DNA of 64,000 nt, from assembly GCA_964016885.1 (NCBI GenBank), contig OZ024742.1, positions 205,778,001 through 205,842,000 of the forward strand, read 5' to 3'. Below the pieces are notes generated by a model. It saw only the letters and a list, made by a program, of their open reading frames with translations. It was not told the origin of the DNA and searched no databases. Both the position numbers and the translations under genes were made by a program. This document shows positions 1-11,790 of the stretch, in pieces; within the stretch, counting starts at the first letter, position 1; every line of letters begins with the position of its first letter. The DNA is from Eledone cirrhosa. Lineage: Eukaryota.

Positions 1-10
1 TTAGCTCCCG

Positions 11-341
11 ATGCTAAAGCACTGGATTATTTGTTTTTGTTTTTACCACAAACTTTCTTCGAAGTTGAGGCAGAAGAGATTAATCGATATCCCCAACAAC
101 AGATTTCAAATCAAGGAAAACCCTATCTGTTTGGCGACCGACAGATGCTGCAGAAATGCAAGCATTTTTTACCGTAAATATTATGTTCGGTATAAAACAA
201 TTTCCAAGACTGTGGAATTACTGGAGCACTGATATAAGATTTAGTGATTCTTATATATCAAGTATTATGCCGAAAACAACGTATTTAAAATTAAACCAGT
301 ATTTGCACCTGGTTGATACTTCAAATGCCCCTATTAATTAA
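11..341 (+). pseudogene. piggyBac-type (PGBD, DDE_Tnp_1_7) transposase fragment, frameshifted
   Basis: Translation WRPTDAAEMQAFFTVNIMFGIKQFPRLWNYWSTD...ISSIMPKTTYLKLNQYLHLVD matches the conserved piggyBac block (E..AF.G....G......YWS......MSR.RF..I...LH..D). It is truncated by a stop at 341. Confidence 0.8.
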
Positions 342-504
342 TTTCACATGCCCATAAAAGTCAAATTTAACCAAAAAAAATCAGGTAAAATTATATAATT
401 GTAAATTATTGATGTTTAAACATCTACTGACAAAATTTCAAGCTTGCACATAGAAAATTACAAACAAATAAAATTGATAACCCTCTTGAGTATGATTAAC
501 TGAA

Positions 505-650
505 AATAATTGTTTCTACTTTTGGCACAAGGCCAGCAATTACCCAGTGCATTACTGGTACTTTATTTTATCAACCCTGTAAGGATGAAAGGCAAAGTTA
601 ACCTCTGCGGGATTTGAACTCAGTATGGCAAGGACCGTAACTCTATGTGA
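505..650 (-). mobile_element. tRNA-derived SINE (family A, short variant), 5' truncated
   Basis: B box GTTCAAATCC on the minus strand, core TTTGCCTTTCATCCTTACAGGGTTGATAAA..AGTACCAG, and 3' end GGCCTTGTGCCAAAAGTAGAAACAATTATT shared with about 20 copies in the window. Confidence 0.85.
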
Positions 651-654
651 TCAG

Positions 655-3282
655 ATAAGCATGACGTTTGACAAATAATGCAAATGCTGGTTTAGTAAGG
701 CGTTAGTAATAGAAAAAAATAGAGCAGAGGGAGAACTAGTTAGCAAATTAGATGAGGCGCTTAGTAAGCGAAATTGGCCCTCGACCAATTTTTCAATGCA
801 AAGCACAAAGGCTGCGTTGTCAGAGCTAGGGTGGGTGCTCTCAGACACGATGGGACGAAAGCCGTCCGATAGCGGAGGCGCATTGTGGCAACAAAGCCAC
901 GATCCGGTTTTTAGTGGACCACGATGGGTGTATGCTACTTGATCCCGGGCAAATGTGTGTGACTTTTCAGCAACACTTTGCTCAGCTGTTCGGGAGCAGC
1001 AGCGGGCAGGTAGGACTTTAGTGCTTACCTTGACAGACTGCCTTGGCTCTCGACCCCTGAGGCGGAGTGTTGCGAAAAGCCGATAACAACTGCTGAAGTA
1101 CAGGAGGCAATGACTGGCTGCACAATGGGTAAATCACCTGCTTTGGATGGTCTGCCCTATGAACTTTACATAGTTAATTTCAGGCCCATAACTATGCTAA
1201 ACACAGAGTTCAAGATTTTGGCCAAGGTGCTAGCAAAGAGGTTGGCGCTTGTCGTCGGTGGTCTGGTGGGAGTGGTGCAGACATGCGCAATTCCAGACAG
1301 ATCCATCCATGACAACCTCCACCTGATGCGATACATCGTGGAGAGGGTAGCTAGGGAACCTGGCACGGGTGGGTCCTTGATCAATTTAGATCAGTCGATA
1401 GGGTCGACCATCGTTATTTGGCGGCAGTCCTGAGGGCGGCTGGCTTTGGGCCTGTCTTCAGAGGCTGGATTACTGCCATGCACAGAGACATCTGCTCTGT
1501 CGTGAGAATGAACAGTTACCTTTCGGAACCGTTCAACATCATGCGCTCGGTCCGCCAAGGATGTCCCCTCTCGTCCCTGTTCGTATTGACTTTCAAGCCA
1601 TTACTGCACAAACTGGAGATGTTGAGGGGCGTCCCGTGTTAACTGGGATGCAGAAGAACCATGTCAGTATATGCAGACGGCATCACCATAGTGGTGTCGA
1701 ACGGCAAACACATCGAGGTGATCGGCACCACACTAAGAGAATACGAGGCGGTGACAGGAGCAATGATCAACCAGGAAAAGTTGGTGGGCCTGCAGCTTAG
1801 CACCTGGAGAGGCAGGACCATGTCATCCAACAGCGTCATCGGGCGCTGCACGGACGGACTGGTTAAATTGCTAGGGGTTTGGTTCGGTCCGGACCTCCAG
1901 ACGGACAAAAAGCGGGATGAGGTGACCAGCAGGGTGGCCTCTTTCACCCAGAAATGGGCTGAGAGGAAGCTATCCCTGAAAGGTTGAGCGGAGTTGGCGA
2001 ACGCATGCTTCGCGTCCGTCATCTACTACCACCTGACCTAAGCCTCGTCTGACTGCACTGAAGCCTTTGCTCTTTTGCTTTTTGTGGAAGGGACGTGCTC
2101 CGATGGTCAGGCGGTCCATCTGCTGTCAACACCCGCTATGCAGAGGGCTGGGCATGCCGTGGCTGATGATGTGCAGACATGCACTCAGGCTACAGTATCT
2201 CCACCTCTTCCTCAACGGTGATCAGGTGTGGTCGCCATTTGCTAGATATGTGTTTCTCCAGCTCGTCTCCTTGACGGAGCTGCAGTCCTGGGTCAAGCGA
2301 AGACCGAGAGGGAGTGCTTGGAGACTGGAATGTCTTCAGGTGCTTACAGCTCTTGGCCAGTCAGGCAATGCGATCGGTGGAAACTCCACCTTGGCGTTCT
2401 ATAGAGGGTTAGTGGAGGGAAAGAGCGATGACGTCCTTGGGGAGATTCTGGGCATCGACGAAAATCAACTAACCAATCTCTTCGGGAGAACTTTCGGGCC
2501 GGTGCCCATATACAACTTCCAGAAATCCCTGGCCTGGCAGTGTTACCGAGGAGCTTTGCCAGTTCGGGATAAACTCTACAAGCATGGAAGTGCCGTCAGC
2601 CGGGCCTGTCCGAGATGCTGCAGGCTGACAAAACCGTCCTGTATGCACTCATGCAGTGTCTGAGCATTGCTGACTTGTGGGTTTATGTTGAACACCTGCT
2701 GTCATGTGTAGGAGGGATCCTGCTATCAGCTGAATCCATCGCGAGGATTACCCCACCGCCTTCCTTTAGCTGGGAAGGGCAGGCAGTTTTTATCTGCCTG
2801 GTGGGCATGGTAAACGAGATTGTATGGTGGACACATCTGAAAGAGTTGAAGACAGGTACTTTCCTCTTCGGTAACACCCTCATTAACTTTTTCTGGTTTC
2901 ACCTGAAAAGGAAAATCAGGGTGGAGAGGGAAGTGGTGCCTTCCAGCCAGTTTGTTGAAAGGTGGGTGAGAGAGGCAAGAATGGCCCGAGTGAATGGGCC
3001 TACCCTGTGCATGAGCCTGTAGCATCGTAGGAGGAGAACTGGAAGAGGGCACTTGCCCTAGCGGTCAAGGTAACCGTGACTTTTCTTGTGGGCTTTCTCC
3101 ACGAGCGACCTTCGGAAGTCTCTACTCTATTGGGGAATTTTTCATTGTTTCTTTTTTGTTTTTTTACACGCAGAAATGCCCATTTGTACCATCCTGTGTT
3201 GTCCTTAATGTTATACTTTGTGTCAACCCTTGTGGTTAATAAAGAAAGCATTATTATTATTAATATTATCATTATTATTATT
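655..3282 (+). mobile_element. Tx1-type (L1 clade) non-LTR retrotransposon, 5'-truncated and degenerate (RT plus C-terminal Cys-rich region)
   Basis: Broken ORFs give GKSPALDGLPYELY, NFRPITMLNTEFKILAKVLA, SVRQGCPLS, YADGIT, GLGMP and CPRC. Element ends ...CCCTTGTGGTTAATAAAGAAAGC followed by an (ATT)n tail. Homologous to the copy at 31385-36726. Confidence 0.9.
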
Positions 3283-3395
3283 GAGTTCAAATCGCCAAGG
3301 TTAACTTTGCCTTTCATCCTTAAGGGGTCGATAAAATAAAGTACCAGTAATGCACTGAGTAATTGCTGGCCTTGTGCCAAAAGTAGAAACAATTA
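3283..3395 (+). mobile_element. SINE family A (3' half) inserted in the (ATT)n tail of the Tx1 LINE
   Basis: GAGTTCAAATC...CTTTGCCTTTCATCC...GGCCTTGTGCCAAAAGTAGAAACAATTATT. Confidence 0.85.
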
Positions 3396-4039
3396 TTATT
3401 ATTATTATTATTATATTATTATTAATATTATTACTGTAAATAAAAAAATAAAAAATATTTCTAGTCATATTTAAACTAAAAAAAAAAATGATTGTTAATT
3501 AGATCTTTCTATATTTTATAAATTTCATTATTTTTTTCTTCAACTCCATTTTAAAATTTAGGCAGATTCAGTTGGAGCTAGTTTCTCATCTATGTATGAC
3601 TAAGATGTAGTAACTATCACTATTATCACCATCAAATTTACACTGCCTTTTTATGTTGGTTAAGTTGTTACAATCCAAATTTGTACTTATTTTGGAATTA
3701 CTGCCCTCTTAGGTTAAAGGACCTGTCTAGCTCATATTTTTCATTTTTGGCATGATTTCTAAGGTTGACACCTTGAGTAATGGGTGCATTTTAACATGGC
3801 TCTAGCACTAATGACATTGTCATGTTTTTGGTAAAATCAAAGTCCCATTTTGTCTTTGCTCACCAACCACTTTACAGACTATACTGGGTGCATTTTATTG
3901 TGGCTCCAGCACTAGAAGGATTGCCTTGTCCTCTATAAGACATAGAGTCCTCAGTATTCTATGTTCTCGCCATTCATTGAAGGCAAACATGACAAAGAGA
4001 GTGAAAGAATAAAGAACATGAGTGTCATGGGGATAGGAG

Positions 4040-4225
4040 TAATAATTGTTTCTACCTTAGGCACAAGGCCAGCAATTACCCAGTACATTACTGGTACTTT
4101 ATTTTATCGACCCCGTAAGGATGAAAGGCAAAGTTAACCTTGGCGGGATTTGAACTCAGAATGTAAAGGGACGTAACAATGCTAGAAAGCATGGTGTCCA
4201 ACCCCCTACCAATACTGCCAATTCA
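4040..4225 (-). mobile_element. SINE family A copy
   Basis: Near-full match to the in-window family consensus (A box TGGCAGTATTGG, B box GTTCAAATCC). Confidence 0.85.
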
Positions 4226-4789
4226 CAGTTATAATACAATGAAGGTAGAGGAGAATGTAATGGAAGAGAGACAGTAATAACTACATGCTGGTTGTTGGTA
4301 AATAGTTTGAATAGGAATGCAATGGAGAAGAGACTCATTGTCTTAAAAAGAATATATATATAAATATATAAGTTAAATGGATATATACTGAATGCTATGT
4401 GCAATAAACTCTTAATTTAGCAAGGGGCAACTATCTAACTGAGATTGCATATTAGTAAATATATTCTATATATAGGAAAAGAGTTAAAACCAACCAGCAG
4501 GAAACCCAGGTGTAAACCCTGAGCAACATGCATGAGCTAAGCTAGTCTCGTTTGAAAATCCAGCCAGATCAAATGTAGAAAGTTGCTTCTGAAAAGACCC
4601 ACTTGAAGGTGTACTTGAGGACTCTTCCCCCACGACCCTCCCAGGAATAAGTGAGCAAAGAAGAAAAAGAAGAGTTAATATATCATCACTAGATTTTTTT
4701 TTTCTGTTACCAACTTCAATAAATTTAGAATTTACTGCATGCCACATTCAGTACATCACCCATTAATGTAATTGTACAATTTCATGCCA

Positions 4790-5830
4790 TTAATTATCAC
4801 TATCCTTTTTAAATTTGTTTATCCATACTTGCATGAACTTGATGGGTCTTCTCCAGCACAGCTTCTTTCTAGTCATTGCATTCCTTCATCATCTTCTCTA
4901 TGAAATTCAGTGTTTTGAGATCTGCTCTCAACATTTCTGCCTAGATTCTCCTTGGTCCGCTTCTACTGCAGTTTCCTTTCACATGACACTTCTTCTTCCT
5001 ATGATCATAATCCATTTGATTAACTTGGCTATGTCAGCACAGTCTACTCTCTAGCATACTAACTACATTTCACTCCTCTTATATTCAATTTATCTCTCAG
5101 CTCATTCATGCACGTTAACATCATGCTTCCATTGAAGTAGACTCACTTCATTTCTCTTCAGCCTTGGTATATCCTCTTCATTTACTGCCCATGCTTCACT
5201 TCCATACAACATCACACTTCACACAGAGGTGTTGTATAGCCAGCTATTCCTTCATAGCCAGCTATTCCTTTTGTTGTCAACAGAGATAGTAGCACCCAGA
5301 ACTTTTTCCAACCTGTTCTTATTCTAACTACTATGCTTTCAAAGAAACTTCCTCTACTGCTAATTAAATCACCTAAATAGCAGAAGCTATCAACCACTTC
5401 TATGGAACCCTCTCAGTATTGTAAACATTTATTTCACTGGGGCTCTTATTACTAACTACCCATTTGTATCTTTCACATGTAAACCTACCTTTTCTGTTAG
5501 TCTGCCTAATGACACTTCCCCTTCTTGTACACAAGTCTCTTCTTGTGCCTATCATTTACAGTTGCTATGCTACTTACTCCTTTTCTAGATATCAAGCACT
5601 GCCACTTTCCTGATAAAACCAGAGTCCTATATTCTTTTCTACTTACTAAAACTTGAATCTTTTGATTCTGAGTTCTGTTTTCAAAGTCCAAATTTCTCTT
5701 CTAGCTTTTCCATTGATTCATGTATAAGAACCAGGTCATCAGCATACAGATGTTCCCACAGGCAGCTCGTCTTAAACTCCTCTGTTGTGGCCTGGAGGAT
5801 TATAATAAACAGAAGTGGGTTGAACTCTGA
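4790..5830 (-). mobile_element. RTE-clade LINE 3' fragment (degenerate RT)
   Basis: Minus strand reads CLWEHLYADDLVL (about 5730-5765) and VDSFCYLGDLISSRG...RIRTGWKKF, the RTE RT C-terminal signature. Confidence 0.8.
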
Positions 5831-6104
5831 TAAATATGCCAAATGTAGATAAAGGAAAAGCTTTAAAATTTTCTTTAAAATAAACGTTAGTAGAAAGTAA
5901 TATATTTTCTAAACTCTGAATTCGATAAAAGGGCAATCTTTTTATATTTTAAAAACACATTGGTGAAAATATTTAAACAAGGTGGTTTTGTTGTATGTCT
6001 GTCTGGTCTATAACTAGTGAACTTGTAATATAGAAAGTGAACTTGTAATATAAAAAAAAACTGAATTAACACTTATACTGACCTACATACTAAACAAGAA
6101 AGCA

Positions 6105-6145
<41 letters not shown>

Positions 6146-6289
6146 ATTAGAAATCTAAACATATGTATATGTATAGAAATTTCTAAAATACACATGGATT
6201 GCTGATTCTCTCTGTAACTGTGTGAGGAAGGGCTATGAAGCAAGAAGATTTGAGACACATAAAACCCATGCCAACATGAAAAAGTTGTT

Positions 6290-7235
6290 GTCATCGATGC
6301 CATCGTAACCACAACCACCACGACAACCAATTTACACTTTTCCATGCTTGCATGAGTCAGGCAGGTCTTTTCTAACATACTAGTTGTCCTTTATCATCTC
6401 CTCTGGGAGCTTCATCAATTTGAGATTAGCTCTCGCCACCTTCACCCATGTCTTCCTTGGTCATTCTCTATTTCAGATTTCTTTCATTGGGATTTCTAGG
6501 CAATTGTCATCTGAACACATCATGTCCATGCCAACACATTCTTCTCTCATGGACACTACATCTGATTCCTCTTATACTCAGTTTTTCTCCCAGTTCATCC
6601 ATGCTTTGTCACTCACGCATATAAATATTGCATATTCATCAAAGCATGTTTGCTTCTTTTCTCTCCAGCCTTCTCATGTCTTTGCATTCACTCTTCATGT
6701 CTCACTGCTATGCAGCATCACACATCATCGCTGGCCATCTATTCATAGAGAGAAGCTTTTTGATGTCAACAGAAGTAGTAGCTCCCTGAACTTTTTCCAT
6801 CTTGTTTTTATTCAAGCTACTATGCTCTTTGAGCACTCATCTTCACTGCTAATTAGATCACCTTGGTAGCACAAGCTATCAACCATTTCTATGGACCCTT
6901 CCTGAGATTTGAAGAAGTTTCTTACAAGCAATTATCATTGTGCCTCTGCTACATCCAAAGTCTACCTTTCCTGTTAGACTGCCTGCTATCCCACTACACC
7001 TCTTGTTTACATTGTGTACATCATATAGAGTTTCTACCCACTCCTTTTCTGCATATTCAGCAAGGTCACTTTCCTGATGCAATCAGGATCTTGTTTTCTT
7101 TCCTACTCACTAAAACTTTGGTTTTTGCCAAGTTTATTCTCAGTCATTTTAATTCTAAATTCTGTTTCAACAACCAGAATTTCTTCTCTAATTCTGCCAC
7201 AGATTCAGCTATAAGAATCAGGTCATCCAATTCCT
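6290..7235 (-). mobile_element. Second RTE-clade LINE 3' fragment with its 3' tail
   Basis: Paralogous to 4790-5830 (shared ctgctaatta[a/g]atcacc..tagca..agctatcaacca block). Ends on the minus strand with GCATGGAAAAGTG followed by a GTT/GAT-rich tail. Confidence 0.75.
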
Positions 7236-8294
7236 TAATAATAATGATTTATATTTTTGGCACAAGGCCAGTAATTTTAAGGAGAGGAGAGTTCATTAAA
7301 TTGATCCTACTTGACTGGTACTTATTTTATTGACAACCAAAAGGATGAAAGGCATAGTTGACCTTGGCAGAGCTGTTCTTCTAGAGAATGGGTAACAGGT
7401 AGCAGATAGTGATATAGTCACCAGATATGATGATTAGTTGTGATATAAGCAGCTCATGTCAGACAAATAAGCAACCCCGGACCAACAGTGGTAAACTACT
7501 AGAGGAGATGGAACAATAGGTGACACTCCCCAAAAATCTCACACAACTCAATGATGTAGCTAAGATAAGGTGAGTAAAGGCTGCCTCTAAAAAAGCCTAA
7601 TCTTTGCAGGTCTAAAAAAAGTACCAAATTGACGACTGGCACGAATGAGACCACCAAAACACTAGAATATGACTGGAAGTAGTAAAGACATCCATATTGC
7701 ATCGTCCTTCATGCGGGATTTAAATTCAGGACATAAATATAATAGTAATAATGATGGTGGTGATGATGATGGTGGTGATGGTGATGGTGATGGGGATGAT
7801 GATGATGATGAGGAGGAGGAGGAGACGGTTATAACAGGGCATATGCATTAATATATATATAAACAAACAAAAATCAAATTTAAAAAAAATATCCTTCTCA
7901 ATCTGAAACCATTGCTGACCTAATAGAAGTTTTATGGACAAAATAACATTTAATAGATGGTATCAATGTAATATATCTTCTTCATTCTCACATCTGTTAA
8001 TTGATAATATATACACATACTTTCCAATATAAACACATTCACACATACATATAAACATACACTCAAACCTCCACATAACTGACAGACATACATATGTTGG
8101 GTCAAGATTCCGGATGTTTCCATAGAGACATATATTTATTTAGCATAATATTTTCTTGTTGAGTAAATACTTACATAAAATATCTTAGTAAATGAGCTAG
8201 AGATTGAATTCAATGCCATTCCATTTTTAAGGATTTTGATTAGTAATTTGTTGTTGTTCTTATGCTTCTTATAATTTTTTTTCTATATTAAAGA

Positions 8295-8660
8295 CGGGGG
8301 ATTGACAATATTGGTAAAGCATTGGACAACATGCTTTGTGGCATATAGTTACATCCCTTTATGTTCTGAATTCAAATGTCAAGGTTAACTTTGCCTTTCA
8401 TCCTTACAGGGGTCAATAAAATAAAGTAACACACTGAGGTCAATTAAATTGACTTTCCTCTCCTTCCAAATTGTTGGCCATTGTGCCTAAATCAGAAACC
8501 ATTATTTTGTGTCTATATTAAAATTAGTGAGTTGGCAGTGTTGGTAGAGCATTGGGCAACATGCTTTGCAGCATATAGTTACATCCCTTTACATTCTGAG
8601 TTCAAATCCTGTCGAGGTTAGCTTTGCCTTTCATCCTTACAGGGTCGATAAAATACCACT
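8295..8660 (+). mobile_element. Two adjacent SINE family A copies (long variant 8295-8500; 3'-truncated copy 8525-8660)
   Basis: Both have the tRNA-like head, GTTCAAAT B box and CTTTGCCTTTCATCCTTACAGGG core. Confidence 0.8.
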
Positions 8661-9354
8661 AACGTAATAATAAATACCAAATTATGTCATCATGTATATT
8701 ATGTTATGTTATCACTTACCAATATTCAAGTAGCATCATAAATGCAAATTGCTATGGAATTCAAGTATAACTACTATTGTATGAATGTCTCTCTCTTTCT
8801 CGCTCTGTCTTTTTTTTTTCTCTCTCACACACGCAAACCACACTCTGAAAATAAACCCCTTCTTTTTAAATTTCAGCAACTATAGAACCTTTAAAGGAGT
8901 GATTTTTTTTCTAATTGTTATTTCCAGTTACAACTGAGTATGAAACGTCACAAACATATTTCAATTGGTATATGAGTATGTTCATGATTACTTTTTTAGG
9001 TTAATTACTTACCACAAAAAGCCAGAAACCATTATTTTGTGTCTATATTAAATCTTTCCACTTTTTAAACACAAACTTGTTCATTCTTTAGTTCTTTCTT
9101 ATCTCAGCCAAACAACAAATGGCATTCCATAATTGGCAAACCAGCAGTAACAGAAAGAAATTCTACCTTACAACCTGTCTAACCCATGTTAGCATGGAAA
9201 ATGGACATTAAATGATGATGATAATGATCCCCATTTTATTTTGTTGTTTCTGGTTTGACTAAATTTTCTGCAGTTTCATTTTCATAATTTACCAGTGTTT
9301 CCTACCACAATTGTGTGTGTTTGTAGATTTTGCGGAATATTCTTCTTCTTCTTC

Positions 9355-9640
9355 TTCATCATCATCATCATTTAATGCCCATTTTCCACTCTAGCATGGG
9401 TAAGATGGGCTGTCCATTTGGGAGAGATCTAGTCGGAGGACCATGTTTCACTTACGCAAGGCTGATTTTGGCTTGGTTTCTACAGCTGGATGCCCTTCTT
9501 AACGCCAACCACATTTACAGTGTGTGTTGGGTGCTTTTTGTCATGACACCTACATGACCACTGTACAGCGTGGACTGGGCACTTTTGTCTTGACATATAC
9601 ATGACCACTATGCAGGGTGGGCTGAGCGCTTTTGTTGATA
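9355..9640 (-). mobile_element. (GAT)n-tailed SINE-like repeat (family B) with internal 48-bp tandem units
   Basis: Plus strand catcatcatttaatgcccattttcca...ctacagctggatgcccttc.taacgccaaccac, then repeated accac..tacagtgtgg..tggg..ctttttgtc units. Related copies at 12300-12560, 28070-28400, 29370-29545, 39280-39600 and 50435-50715 (opposite strand). The 3' end resembles the RTE tail at about 6340. Confidence 0.7.
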
Positions 9641-10469
9641 TCCATATATTGAATGCCATACAACAAACATCAGTTTTGTTTTTCAGCTTTGTTGGCAACA
9701 TCAAACATCAATCCTAATATCAGGTGAAGCAAAAAATAACTGCCAACTGTATGTACCTGTAACTCTTGAAGAAGTTGTGAAGGCACTGTCGTGACATACA
9801 GTGTTTCTTCTGCATTTATGATCTGGTGGAGCCTACCCCTTCTCCAACAGGTAAAGTTTATAAATATTAGTGAGTATAAGACAACAGTTGTATATTCATG
9901 TGTGTGTATCTGATTTAGAATAGGTACACCATAAACCCCCAGATGGACCCCAAAATGTTAACCCCTGCTTTAACAGAAAATAACAGTATTTGATCTCAGC
10001 ATACACAGATCTGGAACAGATATCACAAAGCATCCTACCCAAATCTTTTTTAATGACTCCAACCTCCAGCTGGATTTGTACTTTATTTGTTGACCTCAAA
10101 AGGATGAAAAGTAAAATTGACCTAGGCATAGAGCATAGAGGGCTGGAATAACTACTGGAGGATAAATGTTGTTGAACCCAGGTTGACCTTGATTGAGTAG
10201 ACTTATGATCAAAGACATTCCAGTTGTGACATAATGTCCTCTACACTACATTATTCAAAATGTCTTCTTTTTTAGTATAGTAAGGTGTGATTTGAAAGAT
10301 ATTTGACTGCTATTTCTAGCATGTTGATGATCATACAAAATAGGCGTGAGTATGGGAAACTATTTTCTACCAGGATGAATTTTAAGTGTATAGTAACCTG
10401 TAGGGGTACATCTATATTGAGAAAGAAATGAATACTTAATTTTATAAATTAATATGGAATAAATTTATA

Positions 10470-10711
10470 TTAACCCATTTCTTACCATATTTCTAATGAA
10501 AAACACTGCATATGACTTTCAATTAATTTTGAAAATAACCAAATATTTAGAGAGATTTAATAAAATAACTAACTTTATTATTATTAAATTGGTGTCTGGC
10601 AGGTAGCATAGGTTCTTAAAATTATGCTGGAATGTTTTTAGATACATAAACATTCTCAAACAACAGCTTCAAATCAGGGTGGTTTCAGGCGGTTTAGTAT
10701 TAAAAGTTTAA
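10470..10711. mobile_element. Possible piggyBac-type MITE
   Basis: Bounded by TTAA at both ends, with imperfect TIRs (TTAACCCATTTCTTACCA ... TAGTATTAAAAGTTTAA). Confidence 0.4.
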
Positions 10712-11210
10712 ATTATTTTTAATCATAAGGTACTTTTTTGTTATAAGTGCAAATATGGCTGTGTGGTTAAGAAGTTTGGTCCATGAATGACAATTGTTGG
10801 ATAGAGAAGTCATATGAAACTCAGTTACTGAAGAATGTGTCTAATTGATCTTCAAATAGCTTACCTAACTAGATGGCAGCTGAAAGGAAGATTGAAGTTG
10901 GACCATGATTAAAACTTGATTTATTAACAGTGACAAAAAATTAAAGTAATAAATTGTCTAATGTGCAATTTAATCTGCATACAGCTTCAATTTGAGTTCT
11001 TTTTGTGGTAAATGTGGCTATGTACTTCTACAGTACAAGAAATTGCAAGATACGTAATGATATTAACTAAAGTGTTCTGTTCAGTAGCAAACACTAGGAA
11101 TGATTGACAAGATCTTAGACCTCATTCGCTTGAAGTGGAGTGGGTCATGAGTGGTACACTTAAAAAAAAAAGAATTCATGACACATTATATAAGTTGTGT
11201 TAATGACATT

Positions 11211-11388
11211 AATTGTTTCTACGTTAGGCACAAGGCCAGCAATTATCCAGTGCATTACTGGTACTTTATTTTATCGACCCCGTAAGGATGAAAGGCAAAG
11301 TCAACCTCGGCGGGATTTGAACTCAGATCGTAAAGGGACGTAACTATGCTGGAAAGCATGGCGTCCGACCCTCTACCGATACTGCCAA
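11211..11388 (-). mobile_element. Young SINE family A copy with 13-bp TSD
   Basis: TSD TAATGACATTAAT at 11201-11213 and 11389-11401. Nearly identical to copies at 22713 and 50011. Confidence 0.92.
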
Positions 11389-11454
11389 TAATGACATTAA
11401 TGAACTTAATAAATAAGCAATTAGATATCATATCATGTGTTATGTGTGCATGCA

Positions 11455-11790
11455 TGCATCAGCCCACAGCTTCCTGCCTCATAGCTATCCACTGTATGCG
11501 CTAGGACAGACATGTCCTTGACTTTCCACCAGATCATCCTACCAGGGCCTTACTCTCATTAGACTGCAGACTGAAAGAGGCCATGTGGCATGCCCCACAA
11601 CAGATGGCTGGATATCACCAGAGAAGATCTCTGGAGGCTCAACATCACCTTGGAGGATGCAGAGAAGCTGGCACGGGACCACCAATGATGGAAGGCTCTG
11701 CTGGATCTGGTTGGCTCTATACATGACAATGCTTTGGGATTGCTGGCTTAGGATGACCCTGACCTCATCAAGCAAGAGCAAGAAGAAAAA
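11455..11790 (+). mobile_element. LINE (RTE-like) extreme 3' fragment
   Basis: Reads ...RWLDITREDLWRLNITLEDAEKLARDHQ*WKALL, the typical RTE C-terminal (RGRP..RW.D....D....DR..W) region, followed by an (AAG)n-like tail. Confidence 0.6.

Noticed and set aside
4484-4747. 87-aa ORF resembling a host exon
   Set aside because: Homologous to 37300-37480 in the opposite orientation; it is a dispersed LINE 3'-end fragment.
11211-11388. tRNA genes
   Set aside because: The A/B boxes belong to SINE heads. No cloverleaf is evident, and they continue into the SINE core and tail with TSDs.
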